From NCBI RefSeq assembly GCF_006345805.1, contig NC_043014.1, positions 55,180,001-55,244,000 of the forward strand: 64,000 nucleotides of DNA. Reading direction: 5' to 3'. The notes below the pieces were generated by a model, which worked only from the letters and a program-made list of their open reading frames with translations, did not search any database and was not told the origin of the DNA. Positions 63,610-64,000 of this stretch are shown piece by piece. Within the stretch, counting starts at the first letter, position 1, and the number at the start of each line of letters is the position of its first letter. Source of the DNA: Octopus sinensis (taxonomy: Eukaryota). The translations under genes and the position numbers were made by a program.

Positions 63610-64000
63610 ACCAGAGCAGCCAAATGGCTTTTGTGCCGGTGGCACGTAAAAGGGCACCATTCAAGCGTGATCATTACCAACGTTGCCTTACTGGCACCTG
63701 TGCCGGTGGCATGTGTAAAAAGATTCGAGCGAGGTCATTGCCAGTACCACCTGACTGGCCGCTGTGCTGTGGCACGTAAAAGGGCACCATTCGAGCGTAA
63801 TCGTTACCAACGTCGCCTTACTGGCACCTGTAAAATGATTCGAGCGGGGTCATTGCCAGTACCGCCTGACTGGCACGTAAAAAGCACCCACTACACTCTC
63901 GGAGTGGTTGGTGTTAGGAAGGGCATCCAGCTGTAGAAACTCTGCCAGATTATGATTGGAGCCTGGTGCGGCCGTCTGGTTCGCCAGCCCTCAGTCAAAA
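63610..64000 (+). mobile_element. Family C copy with ~4 units, cut by the window end
   Basis: Units like 2125-2340, then GTTGGTGTTAGGAAGGGCATCCAGC. Confidence 0.9.

Overview
AT-rich, microsatellite-dense eukaryotic non-coding DNA. The SINE families and repeat style suggest an octopod cephalopod (Octopus); this is inference from composition, not a database match. No intact protein-coding gene, rRNA, true tRNA gene or CRISPR array could be supported, and nearly all ORF-track entries are by-products of SINEs or simple repeats. The window is a layered collection of mobile elements. (1) tRNA-headed SINEs, labelled here A (internal (TA)n(TG)n), B (central GCCTTTCATCCTTTCGGGGTCGATAAA box) and E. (2) Many (GAT)n-tailed copies (family C) that, in one copy, continue into an RTE-like ORF end and carry a variable array of ~60-bp units. 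(3) 3' fragments of CR1, RTE and R4/Dong-type LINEs, the last sitting in (TAA)n. (4) Decayed mariner and Tc1/mariner-superfamily transposons, plus pogo-like, piggyBac-like and 8-bp-TSD MITEs. The most interesting signal is a set of short Penelope-like terminal-repeat elements from several families carrying minimal type I hammerhead ribozyme folds with covarying helix I. Two are TSD-flanked fold-back insertions, one with a tRNA-like head. A separate unexplained 222-bp hairpin-dense segment (29151-29372) is bracketed by a 10-bp direct repeat. Repeat boundaries were read by eye and are approximate unless a TSD or TIR is quoted.
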